The notes beneath the pieces were generated by a model. The model saw only the letters and a program-made list of their open reading frames with translations. It was not told the DNA's origin and made no database searches. Below, one piece after another: positions 11,701-22,799 of a DNA stretch of 32,422 nt. Position numbers and translations under genes: made by a program. The DNA comes from Octopus bimaculoides (lineage: Eukaryota). Numbering within the stretch: position 1 is the first letter of the stretch; the number at the start of each line of letters is the position of its first letter. Location: positions 143,813,867-143,846,288 of the forward strand of contig NC_068981.1 of NCBI RefSeq assembly GCF_001194135.2. The letters run 5' to 3'.

Positions 11701-12121
11701 CAAAAAGTATACTTCTCACATAAGCACGCATATAATAGGTGAACATACTCATATTCTATATAACTTGGCATCAATATGTAATTCATACTGCTGGTGATGT
11801 GTGTGTTGGATGATGTACGCAAACAACATATGCTAAAACGTTGTGTCTACCAAAGAATAGGGGAAATAGTTTCAAGAACTTAAGAATAAATTTCGTATAA
11901 ATTTCATTTTCCTGCATTTTGAAAATCTGAGCTTTGTTAGCAGAGATGACACTTACATATATACCAATATCGTATTAAAAACTCATTGTCTAACGAGAAA
12001 GAAAGCCATTAACGTTAATGACATTCTTATTAAGAGGATAAGGTAGAAAACTTAGAAATTTAAATTGATTTTAAAATGTACTAGCTTAATGCGGGACGAC
12101 AATATTATAGAAATTTCAGCG

Positions 12122-12875
12122 CCAATGGCTCGTCACATGATGTGACGAACTGCTAATAACGATGCTTCGAAGTCACAGTCAACAATGTATTTCAGTCTAA
12201 TAAACAGTTTATGCTTTTTGTTTGTACTGAGACCGTTGTCAATGAGTGTTTCCTGTTATTTTAGAGACACCCTCAAAAGTAATTACCGCAAGTTAAAAAT
12301 TAGAGATACGCAACGACTAGTGAATGCATCATCAGTGGTTACGGTGGCAAGAGTAAACAAGTTTTGGTTTTATTATATCTCATCAGTGAAGCAGAGTTTA
12401 ACCTAATGTTGTAGTGAAGATGGTACTCACCTTCCCATGTGACAAAGTGGTATGAGTAGCCACTATAAAGCCCGACAGTCAGTCGTTGTAGGAGGTCAGT
12501 AGAGTCGCTGTACGAGTTCTCAGTTGGAGTCAGTGGCAATTACGTGATATGTACGAGTTCGAGTTACTATCAAGGTAGACATTTCAAAGTCATTGTCTCG
12601 TGGATCTATCAACGATAGCACGATAGACGAGTCAAAAATAATAAGATGCGGAATACCACCACAACATAATAGTGACGACAAGAATATTACAGTGCTAACA
12701 ATAACATACAAGTGGACAAGGATCCACACTATAACACATAACTTCCATAACTTGGAACAATTTTTAGAAACTATAGTTTTTACGGCAAAATTCTTCACTG
12801 ATTAGACAATTTAAAATAACGACATTCGAAAATTTCCCTGGGGTGACTTTTGCAAAAATAGCATATAGGTAAGTG
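12122..12875. promoter_or_regulatory. Candidate promoter / first-exon region (unconfirmed)
   Basis: Non-repetitive and CpG-retaining. CCAAT at 12122, palindrome with TCACATGA at 12130-12148, four TCAGT motifs at 12479-12534, minus-strand donor GAAG|GTGAGT at 12431 and plus-strand donor ATAG|GTAAGT at 12868. Confidence 0.25.
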
Positions 12876-13509
12876 CAGGGTATAAGCTTAATGAAATGAA
12901 CAAAAATGAGTGCTTCATTAATTAATTAATTAATATTTCACCCATAATGAGAACTGTAAAATTTAATCGCAGCTATATTGTCGACATTTGTAGCTGCAGC
13001 GTTGTTTGCGGTAAGGATAGTGGAATTGACGGTTATGGGGTGATGAGGTGATGGGTTTGGCGGTGTTCATAGTTGTGGCAGCGGCGATGGTGTTTCCGAC
13101 AGTGGCAGTAATAGTACAAGTGTATTTACTGCTGTTGAATGTGTGACAGAGATGGAGGGCTTATTTCGTTATTACAGAGACCAGTCAAGCTTTAAGTCAG
13201 AGTGATAGAATAGTTGGTGATTGCGGTGGTGATGGTGGCATTGATAGCGTTGTCACTACTGCTGTGTTGTCGTCAACTTTAACGAATAGATGAGTTTCGA
13301 CTGTAAAGTATCCTTTTCTAAATTTTCGGTTAAGAGACGTTCACTCTTTGCACTGCTTCCTGTCTCTCTGAGTTTCATCGCAACTATCACACCGAGGTTC
13401 GTCACTGCGCTCGTAATCTCTTTATTATTATTATTATTATGATAACAGGAGGTAGCTTTTTGCTAATATCAAGATTTAATCCCATGTCCATTAATGCATT
13501 TTAACTCGC

Positions 13510-13897
13510 AAGAAGAAGAAGAAGAAGATGATGAAGAAGAAGAAGAAGAAGAAGAAGAAGAAGAAGAAGAAGAAGAAGAAGAAGAAGAAGAAGAAGAAGA
13601 AGAAGAAGAAGAAGAAGAAGAAGAAGAAGANNNNNNNNNNNNNNNNNNNNNNNNNNNNNNNNNNNNNNNNNNNNNNNNNNNNNNNNNNNNNNNNNNNNNN
13701 NNNNNNNNNNNNNNNNNNNNNNNNNNNNNNNNNNNNNNNNNNNNNNNNNNNNNNNNNNNNNNNNNNNNNNNNNNNNNNNNNNNNNNGAAGAAGGTGAAGA
13801 AGAAGAAAGTGAAGAAGAAGAAGAAGAAGAAGAAGAAGAAGAAGAAGAAAGTGAAGAAGAAGAAGAAGAAGAAGAAGAAGAAGAAGAAGAAGAAGAA

Positions 13898-13929
<32 letters not shown>

Positions 13930-13935
13930 AGAGGG
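13510..13935. repeat. Long (GAA)n purine triplet repeat spanning gap 4
   Basis: About 40 pure GAA units before the gap and about 50 units with GTG/GAG interruptions after it. Confidence 0.95.
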
Positions 13936-14214
13936 GAGGAGGAGGAGAATGGGATAGGTCGAAGAAGGAGAAGCAGAAGGGGAGGACGAAAAGTGTACGG
14001 GTCTTACTTTTAACTGTGTACTTGTCTGAAAGGTATCTGCATCAGAACATGATTGGAGTTATGAGTGATCAATAGTTTCATCATGTTAGAGACATCCAAA
14101 GCTTAACAATTGTACAAGGAAAGAACATCATTCTGCCCTAGATAAACTCATTCATACACATATACATATACGTTGTTTAAAACGTGCGAGTGCCTATATA
14201 AACACCCATGAACC

Positions 14215-14415
14215 TGCATACACATACACACACAATCACACTCATGTATGTACACACACACACACACACACACACACACGCCCGCACACTGAAATACATT
14301 CTTACATACCTACCTAACTCCATGCCTACCTACCTACCTATCTATCTACATAAATACATACATACGTATGTACATACATTGCTACAGCTATATGAATATA
14401 CATGGACACACACAC
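14215..14415. repeat. (CA)n, (TACC)n and (TACA)n low-complexity tract
   Basis: Directly visible. Confidence 0.8.
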
Positions 14416-14712
14416 TTACAATTGAATCATTTAGTTGTCTGTAATATTGGTTAAAAATATATCGAGAACACTAATTATTTTCACTTGTGAAATAATTACA
14501 GAAGTAATTATAGTACATAATTCGTTCTAGATTATTCAGACACCGCCTACAAATACGATTGAAGAGAGAGCGGTGGAGGAGAGAAATGGAAGGAGGAAAT
14601 ATAATATGGACGTACACTTACAAATACAAATTACAGGTACTATCAAGAGCACTCACACATGCACATATCTATGTGAGAGCGTATGCAAATATTTATGTTT
14701 GTATATATATAT

Positions 14713-15054
14713 GGCACGGGAGTGGCTGTGTGGTAAGTAGCTTGCTTACCAACCACATGGTTCCGGGTTCAGTCCCACTGCGTGGCACCTTGGGCAAGTG
14801 TCTTCTACTATAGCCTCGGGCCGACCAAAGCCTTGTGAGTGGATTTGGTAGACGGAAACTGAAAGAAGCCCGTCGTATATATGTATATATATATGTGTAT
14901 GTATGTGTATGTTTGTGTGTCTGTGTTTGTCCCCCGAACATCGCTTGACAACCGATGCTGGTGTCTTTACGTCCCCGTAACTTAACGGTTCGGCAAAAGA
15001 GATCGATAGAATAAGTACTAGGCTTCCAAAAGAATAAGTCCTGGGGTCGATTTG
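14713..15054 (+). mobile_element. Young tRNA-derived SINE, family B (3' end in gap)
   Basis: A box TGGCTGTGTGG at 14723-14733, B box GGTTCAGTCCC at 14766-14776, internal (TA/TG) microsatellite. Homologous copies at 460-784, 18515-18616 and 18920-19185. It resembles the octopus OK/OR1/OR2 SINE group; exact family not verified. Confidence 0.92.
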
Positions 15055-15726
15055 NNNNNNNNNNNNNNNNNNNNNNNNNNNNNNNNNNNNNNNNNNNNNN
15101 NNNNNNNNNNNNNNNNNNNNNNNNNNNNNNNNNNNNNNNNNNNNNNNNNNNNNNNNNNNNNNNNNNNNNNNNNNNNNNNNNNNNNNNNNNNNNNNNNNNN
15201 NNNNNNNNNNNNNNNNNNNNNNNNNNNNNNNNNNNNNNNNNNNNNNNNNNNNNNNNNNNNNNNNNNNNNNNNNNNNNNNNNNNNNNNNNNNNNNNNNNNN
15301 NNNNNNNNNNNNNNNNNNNNNNNNNNNNNNNNNNNNNNNNNNNNNNNNNNNNNNNNNNNNNNNNNNNNNNNNNNNNNNNNNNNNNNNNNNNNNNNNNNNN
15401 NNNNNNNNNNNNNNNNNNNNNNNNNNNNNNNNNNNNNNNNNNNNNNNNNNNNNNNNNNNNNNNNNNNNNNNNNNNNNNNNNNNNNNNNNNNNNNNNNNNN
15501 NNNNNNNNNNNNNNNNNNNNNNNNNNNNNNNNNNNNNNNNNNNNNNNNNNNNNNNNNNNNNNNNNNNNNNNNNNNNNNNNNNNNNNNNNNNNNNNNNNNN
15601 NNNNNNNNNNNNNNNNNNNNNNNNNNNNNNNNNNNNNNNNNNNNNNNNNNNNNTAAGTATTACGTGTCAAAAGTGAAACAAAAACACTCATATCAAATAC
15701 TTTCACTTCAAAAATGAAACTAATGT

Positions 15727-15910
15727 ACTAACTGAAACAATCACATTTCGATACTGTAATGACAGATACTTTCAGAGATAGAGAGAAAGAGAGAAAGAGA
15801 GAAAGAGAGAGAGATGTATATGTATATGTATACATATAGATGTATATGTACACGTTATTCCACTAACTGAAACAATCACATTTCGATACTGTAATGACAG
15901 ATACTTTCAG

Positions 15911-15941
<31 letters not shown>

Positions 15942-15990
15942 GAGAGAAAGAGATGTATATGTATACATATACACGTATATGCATAGATAT
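15727..15990 (+). repeat. Tandem duplication with 135-nt period
   Basis: ACTAACTGAAACAATCACATTTCGATACTGTAATGACAGATACTTTCAGAGA starts at 15727 and again at 15862. Each copy is followed by GA- and TA-type microsatellites. Confidence 0.9.
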
Positions 15991-16960
15991 ATATGTAGAT
16001 ATAGATCTATATGCATACATGTATATGTATACATATGTGTAGATGTATATATATATAGATGTACACATATATACATATATATACATGCATACAGATATCT
16101 ATACATATATACACCCATCACACACAAACACATGCACACAAACACANNNNNNNNNNNNNNNNNNNNNNNNNNNNNNNNNNNNNNNNNNNNNNNNNNNNNN
16201 NNNNNNNNNNNNNNNNNNNNNNNNNNNNNNNNNNNNNNNNNNNNNNNNNNNNNNNNNNNNNNNNNNNNNNNNNNNNNNNNNNNNNNNNNNNNNNNNNNNN
16301 NNNNNNNNNNNNNNNNNNNNNNNNNNNNNNNNNNNNNNNNNNNNNNNNNNNNNNNNNNNNNNNNNNNNNNNNNNNNNNNNNNNNNNNNNNNNNNNNNNNN
16401 NNNNNNNNNNNNNNNNNNNNNNNNNNNNNNNNNNNNNNNNNNNNNNNNNNNNNNNNNNNNNNNNNNNNNNNNNNNNNNNNNNNNNNNNNNNNNNNNNNNN
16501 NNNNNNNNNNNNNNNNNNNNNNNNNNNNNNNNNNNNNNNNNNNNNNNNNNNNNNNNNNNNNNNNNNNNNNNNNNNNNNNNNNNNNNNNNNNNNNNNNNNN
16601 NNNNNNNNNNNNNNNNNNNNNNNNNNNNNNNNNNNNNNNNNNNNNNNNNNNNNNNNNNNNNNNNNNNNNNNNNNNNNNNNNNNNNNNNNNNNNNNNNNNN
16701 NNNNNNNNNNNNNNNNNNNNNNNNNNNNNNNNNNNNNNNNNNNNNNNNNNNNNNNNNNNNNNNNNNNNNNNNNNNNNNNNNNNNNNNNNNNNNNNNNNNN
16801 NNNNNNNNNNNNNNNNNNNNNNNNNNNNNNNNNNNNNNNNNNNNNNNNNNNNNNNNNNNNNNNNNNNNNNNNNNNNNNNNNNNNNNNNNNNNNNNNNNNN
16901 NNNNNNNNNNNNNNNNNNNNNNNNNNNNNNNNNNNNNNNNNNNNNNNNNNNNNNNNNNNN

Positions 16961-16997
<37 letters not shown>

Positions 16998-17164
16998 TAT
17001 ACATACCTATATATATAATATATATATGAATTATATATATATATGTATGTATGTATGTATGTATGCATGTATATATATATATATGCGTGTGTTTGTGTGT
17101 GTGTATATGTATGTATCTATGGATATATATATTATATGCATATTACACACTTACATGTATATAT

Positions 17165-17792
17165 ATTCTTTCACGTATATAATTATAAACATAAAATTAC
17201 AGTTAAGGGCTGCTGGAAATGACCACCACCAATGCTAGAAATAAGTGTCAAATACCTACAATCCACGAAAAGATGAATATTGCCTATACGGTCATTTTTA
17301 AGTGCTAAGCAACTGATATAATCTTTTTTTATGATTATATCATTATCTTATAAGCATATAAATAATTTGATAGTTTTCTAGTCAGAATATTTCAATGCGA
17401 GACTGCTTTTATCCCGTATGACTTCTGACATTATCCACATGGTTGGGATGGGCTGGAAGATGAAATGTATGCGCGGGAAATGTATGTGTACATTGGTATC
17501 TGCGGTCGAATTTACCAGTGGGTATGTATATTTCTCGTTTATATATTAATGGTTTATTCTACTGGAGATCGCAAGGCAGTTTTTTGCAGAGCGTGAAATT
17601 TCGAGGTATAGGATTATCGAATATTTTTGTATTTTCTTGCTCATTTCACGCTTTCGTACTTGTGGCTGAATATAGAAAACAAATTCTAAAGTGAATTGTA
17701 GGTATTTGACACCTATTTCTAGCATTGGCGCTCGTCATTTCCAGTAGCCCATAATTGTAATGATATCTTTATAATTATATACATGGAAAAAT
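17165..17792. repeat. Inverted repeat pair A (arms 17165-17266 and 17691-17792)
   Basis: By-eye alignment of arm 1 reverse complement to arm 2 gives about 14 mismatches in about 102 nt, with no gaps. Confidence 0.9.
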
Positions 17793-17802
17793 TAATATTG
17801 CC

Positions 17803-18462
<660 letters not shown>

Positions 18463-18514
18463 CACATACACATACATACACAACATACACATACATACAC
18501 ATATATATATACAT

Positions 18515-18616
18515 ATATACGACGCGCTTCTTTCAGTTTCCGTCTACCAAATCCACTCACAAGGCTTTGGTCGGCTCGAGGCTATAGTAGAAGACACTTG
18601 CCCAAGGTGCCACGCA
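18515..18616 (-). mobile_element. Family B SINE fragment (5'-truncated, bounded by microsatellites)
   Basis: Reverse complement nearly identical to 14778-14880. Confidence 0.9.
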
Positions 18617-18642
18617 TATATATATATATGTGCGTATGAGTG

Positions 18643-18867
18643 TATAATCGGTTTGAAATTTTGGCAGAAGACCAGCAATGTCGGGGTAAGGGAGTGAATC
18701 GATTACATCGACCTCAGTGCTCAACTGGTACTTATTGTATCAACATCGAAAGGACGAAAGGCAAAATCGACCTTGACCAAATCTGAACTCGGAACATAAA
18801 GACGGACGAAAAGCTGTTGAGCATTTCTTCACTTTTTTTCCTTGCGATTCTGCCACCTCACAGCCTT
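18643..18867 (-). mobile_element. Decayed family C SINE
   Basis: The reverse complement starts AAGGCTGTGAGGTGGCAGAATCGC and contains GAGTTCAGATTTGGTCAAGGTCGATTTTGCCTTTCGTCCTTTCG and TAAGTACCAGTTG, as in 24050-24257. Confidence 0.82.
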
Positions 18868-18919
18868 AATTTATGTATAACTGCATATTTACATTCATGG
18901 TAATGCCTTTTAATATATA

Positions 18920-19185
18920 CATGGGTTTGTGGTCACGAAGCTTGCTTTGTTATCACATGTGCTCGGGTTCTGTTTCCACTACGTGGAAGCTTGGGCATGT
19001 GTCTACTATTACAGTTCTGGGCTGACGAATGCCACATGAGTAGATTTGGTTGACGGAAGCTGTGAAGAGACACGTAATGTCTATGTTTGTGTGTGATTTG
19101 CGTCTCTGTTTGACCACCGGTGTTGGTTTGTTTAACCCCCTCGTAATTTAATTGTTTGGCAAAAGCGACTGATAGAATATGCACT
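18920..19185 (+). mobile_element. Old family B SINE
   Basis: Colinear but diverged match to 14720-15015 (CACATGTGCTCGGGTTCTGTTTCCACTACGTGG, GATTTGGTTGACGGAAGCTG, GGCAAAAGCGACTGATAGAATA). Confidence 0.8.
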
Positions 19186-21595
19186 TATATCTAATAAACA
19201 CAACATATGTTTTTATGTGTTACTATTAGTTTCATGCGATGAGAGCATGCTAGACAGTATTTTTGATACGTCTCGTGTCTCAGCTCAATCTTCAAGCACT
19301 GCCCAAACTAAAGACGAGAAAGAAGTAGATATAGATAGTTTTTGATCTGAAATCATGTGTTGAAACTGAAATGTTTACAGTGTGAAAGGCCGTTCACAAA
19401 TACACAGAAACTGATAACTTCATTTAAACATTTATAGTTCGTAATATAGTATCAGAAGTTTCGTCGGTCGAAATTGTACTCTTCTTAAGGACAAATAAGT
19501 ACTGCAGTTTCAGGCGACGAAAAAGATTACACAATAAATCTTTAAGGGAAGTCAACGGTTTACGTGTGATTCTGAATGGCTAGCATATGTCTTCCATGAT
19601 GCAATCGATTTATGTATAAATATATGTGTGTGTTTGTAGACAGAGCGAGAGGGGGGGAGTGATAGACAGACAGATCGATAGATAGATGTAGTGGAAAAAG
19701 TAAATGTTCTACGTTCATAAAGTACTGAAAAATAGAATGAACTCAGTACATGTGCAGAGTATAATATTTATGTTAGAGTTGTAGAGAATGACCTGTAGAT
19801 TTTGTCAGGTCGTAACTCATTCAAACTATGAAATGAGAAAAGTATTCCATCTTCAAAATCTATCTATTCTACAGATAGATGCTTAACAGAAGATGCATGC
19901 AACAGAGGAGAAGTATAGATTGTTTAAAATAGGAAGTGTTATGATCGATGAGAATTATGATAGAATACATATACGTTAAAGCGAATTATAATGGTTCTTA
20001 GTGACGGAAAGCAGATGTTTAGCCTTTTCGACAGTCATCTTCAGTGTAGAGTAGTCGTATCGAACATATAGATTACGTATAGTGAGAGAGCTGAAAATTA
20101 GAAAATAGTGGAGATGATGAAAGGTGAGGGGAGAGAAAATGGTGAAATGTCTCTATGATCTTGGTTAAGTTAACTTTGAACAAAATCTCCATTGCTTTAA
20201 CACCATTATTCGTTCTTGCACTGCAGAATTGAGACGAGAGATAATGATAGTACTTTTGATATTCGTTGTTGGTATTTAGTTCCAGATTAGCTTTGATATG
20301 ACAGATCTATGATAATATATATTTCAGTTGTGATCATTTCGTCCTATCTTCAGTCACTGTGTATTTAATCCGTCATTATCCAATGAGTACATTTCATTTT
20401 TATAATAGTTTATTGCAATATGATGGAAATCTATTTGCAATTTTTAGCAAGCGATATAACCATGTAGAGGTTTTGGTTGCGATTGTTTTGCTTATAATTC
20501 CAGCTTTCCTCTATAAATATGATGTCGTTATAGATTATTTTATTAATCTCATGGTAACTCGAATTCAGGAAGCCTATGATCAAGCACATTCCAGCCCTGA
20601 CTATATACATACATATATATATACATATATANNNNNNNNNNNNNNNNNNNNNNNNNNNNNNNNNNNNNNNNNNNNNNNNNNNNNNNNNNNNNNNNNNNNN
20701 NNNNNNNNNNNNNNNNNNNNNNNNNNNNNNNNNNNNNNNNNNNNNNNNNNNNNNNNNNNNNNNNNNNNNNNNNNNNNNNNNNNNNNNNNNNNNNNNNNNN
20801 NNNNNNNNNNNNNNNNNNNNNNNNNNNNNNNNNNNNNNNNNNNNNNNNNNNNNNNNNNNNNNNNNNNNNNNNNNNNNNNNNNNNNNNNNNNNNNNNNNNN
20901 NNNNNNNNNNNNNNNNNNNNNNNNNNNNNNNNNNNNNNNNNNNNNNNNNNNNNNNNNNNNNNNNNNNNNNNNNNNNNNNNNNNNNNNNNNNNNNNNNNNN
21001 NNNNNNNNNNNNNNNNNNNNNNNNNNNNNNNNNNNNNNNNNNNNNNNNNNNNNNNNNNNNNNNNNNNNNNNNNNNNNNNNNNNNNNNNNNNNNNNNNNNN
21101 NNNNNNNNNNNNNNNNNNNNNNNNNNNNNNNNNNNNNNNNNNNNNNNNNNNNNNNNNNNNNNNNNNNNNNNNNNNNNNNNNNNNNNNNNNNNNNNNNNNN
21201 NNNNNNNNNNNNNNNNNNNNNNNNNNNNNNNNNNNNNNNNNNNNNNNNNNNNNNNNNNNNNNNNNNNNNNNNNNNNNNNNNNNNNNNNNNNNNNNNNNNN
21301 NNNNNNNNNNNNNNNNNNNNNNNNNNNNNNNNNNNNNNNNNNNNNNNNNNNNNNNNNNNNNNNNNNNNNNNNNNNNNNNNNNNNNNNNNNNNNNNNNNNN
21401 NNNNNNNNNNNNNNNNNNNNNNNNNNNNNNNNNNNNNNNNNNNNNNNNNNNNNNNNNNNNNNNNNNNNNNNNNNNNNNNNNNNNNNNNNNNNNNNNNNNN
21501 NNNNNNNNNNNNNNNNNNNNNNNNNNNNNNNNNNNNNNNNNNNNNNNNNNNNNNNNNNNNNNNNNNNNNNNNNNNNNNNNNNNNNNNNNNNNNNN

Positions 21596-21635
<40 letters not shown>

Positions 21636-21638
21636 TTG

Positions 21639-21760
21639 CCTTCGAAACGCGGAGTAGATGGAACAGGGACAACTGAAGAAGGGAAATATTCTTTATGTTC
21701 ATTGTCTCGTTTCTCTGTGTGTTTTGTTCGCTGTTCGAAAAGACGTTCGTTTTCTGTCTT
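21639..21760 (+). ncRNA. Hammerhead-ribozyme-like motif cluster (possible Penelope-like element or retrozyme relic)
   Basis: GAAAC-GCGGA-GTA at 21644-21656, CTGAAGA at 21673-21679, GAAA-AGAC-GTTC-GTTTT-C at 21737-21754. Stem I candidate GGGACAA (21666-21672) / TGTCTT (21755-21760). Stem II is weak. Confidence 0.3.
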
Positions 21761-22141
21761 CGTCTTTATGTTTTCGTTTTTAATTGTTTAACGTTTCTTG
21801 TGATGTCCTGTACCTATATACGCATGTATGTATACATATAGATGTAGGTATAAAAACATACACGAAGTAATATAATTCTTAAATTTGACAGAATTTGGGA
21901 GGCTATTTCGCAGGTGTAAAAGTAACACACTTAGTCGCGTTTACAAAGGGATGTTGATTCGACTCCCACAAGGAAAGGGGAGCCTTTTTTCTGTCGAGGG
22001 CTTATATATCGCTTTATTAGATTATTTTCCTTTAGTCATTGCACGGTGATTGCTTTGAGCTTATATAAAAATACAATTATTATTATTTACAGGATTGTAA
22101 ACACGGCACCGTATAAGAAAAAAACCTTTCGCTCCGAAAGC

Positions 22142-22175
<34 letters not shown>

Positions 22176-22799
22176 ATATATACTGCTTCCCATTTGCTTG
22201 GCAGACGGTCAGACTTATTTAAAGATGTTTCTGTTAAAAACTGTTATTGTTTTTGTCGAATAAAATTTGTTGAAAGAAAGCCACAATAACTATGCACCAA
22301 CCCACTAACAGTAAAATACTTGGGTTTAAGATATGCGAGTGTATAAAACGATAGATTTTGGTAAACGAAATTTCAAACAATGTTATTGAATCTTACCAAA
22401 AGCTGCAGTAAATACTAATGAAGCTGTGTGTATACATTTTATGAACAGTGATACAAACTGTTTGGTGCTGCTACAGCTGGTGCCGTTAATTATTGATTAT
22501 ATTAATACTTCATTATCATTTCGTTTATTGCTCTTGTTCTTACGAAGTCCATTTTGATTTACGTCAATAATGACTTTTCGAGACAATAAATTTGCTTTTC
22601 TTTTATTTCCTTTGCTTGCAATTGTTATAAATATAAGCTTAAACCAACTGTATCTATCTTAGCAGTAAATACGGCTTAACGCGCTCTAAACTTCTACAAC
22701 TAAATATAATAAACGAACAAGCAAGCAAGCATTGATCTTTTATTTAGTTTCCACCAATAAAAATCCATAAATGACACTCTAATGAACGAATTTATTGCC

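Noticed and set aside
12520-12805. Overlapping 92-aa hydrophobic minus ORF and 70-aa plus ORF
   Set aside because: No family signature. The hydrophobicity follows from T-rich composition.
12806-12868. TFENFP resemblance to the start of a BIR domain
   Set aside because: A six-residue match only. The remaining BIR residues and exons were not found.
13494-14075. Poly-E/poly-K ORFs
   Set aside because: Translation of (GAA)n across a gap.
19455-19492. Minus-strand CTTAAGAAGAG...GACGAAAC hammerhead-like spacing
   Set aside because: The core is CUUAAGA rather than CUGANGA and the stems do not pair.
20359-20631. Long ORFs entering gap 7
   Set aside because: Their length is an artefact of N translation. 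The sequenced part has no clear motif and ends in a family D repeat relic.
22391-22425. Minus-strand 6- or 27-nt microexon candidate; a similar 15-nt candidate lies near 24742-24756
   Set aside because: Chance-level splice motifs with no supporting neighbouring exons.
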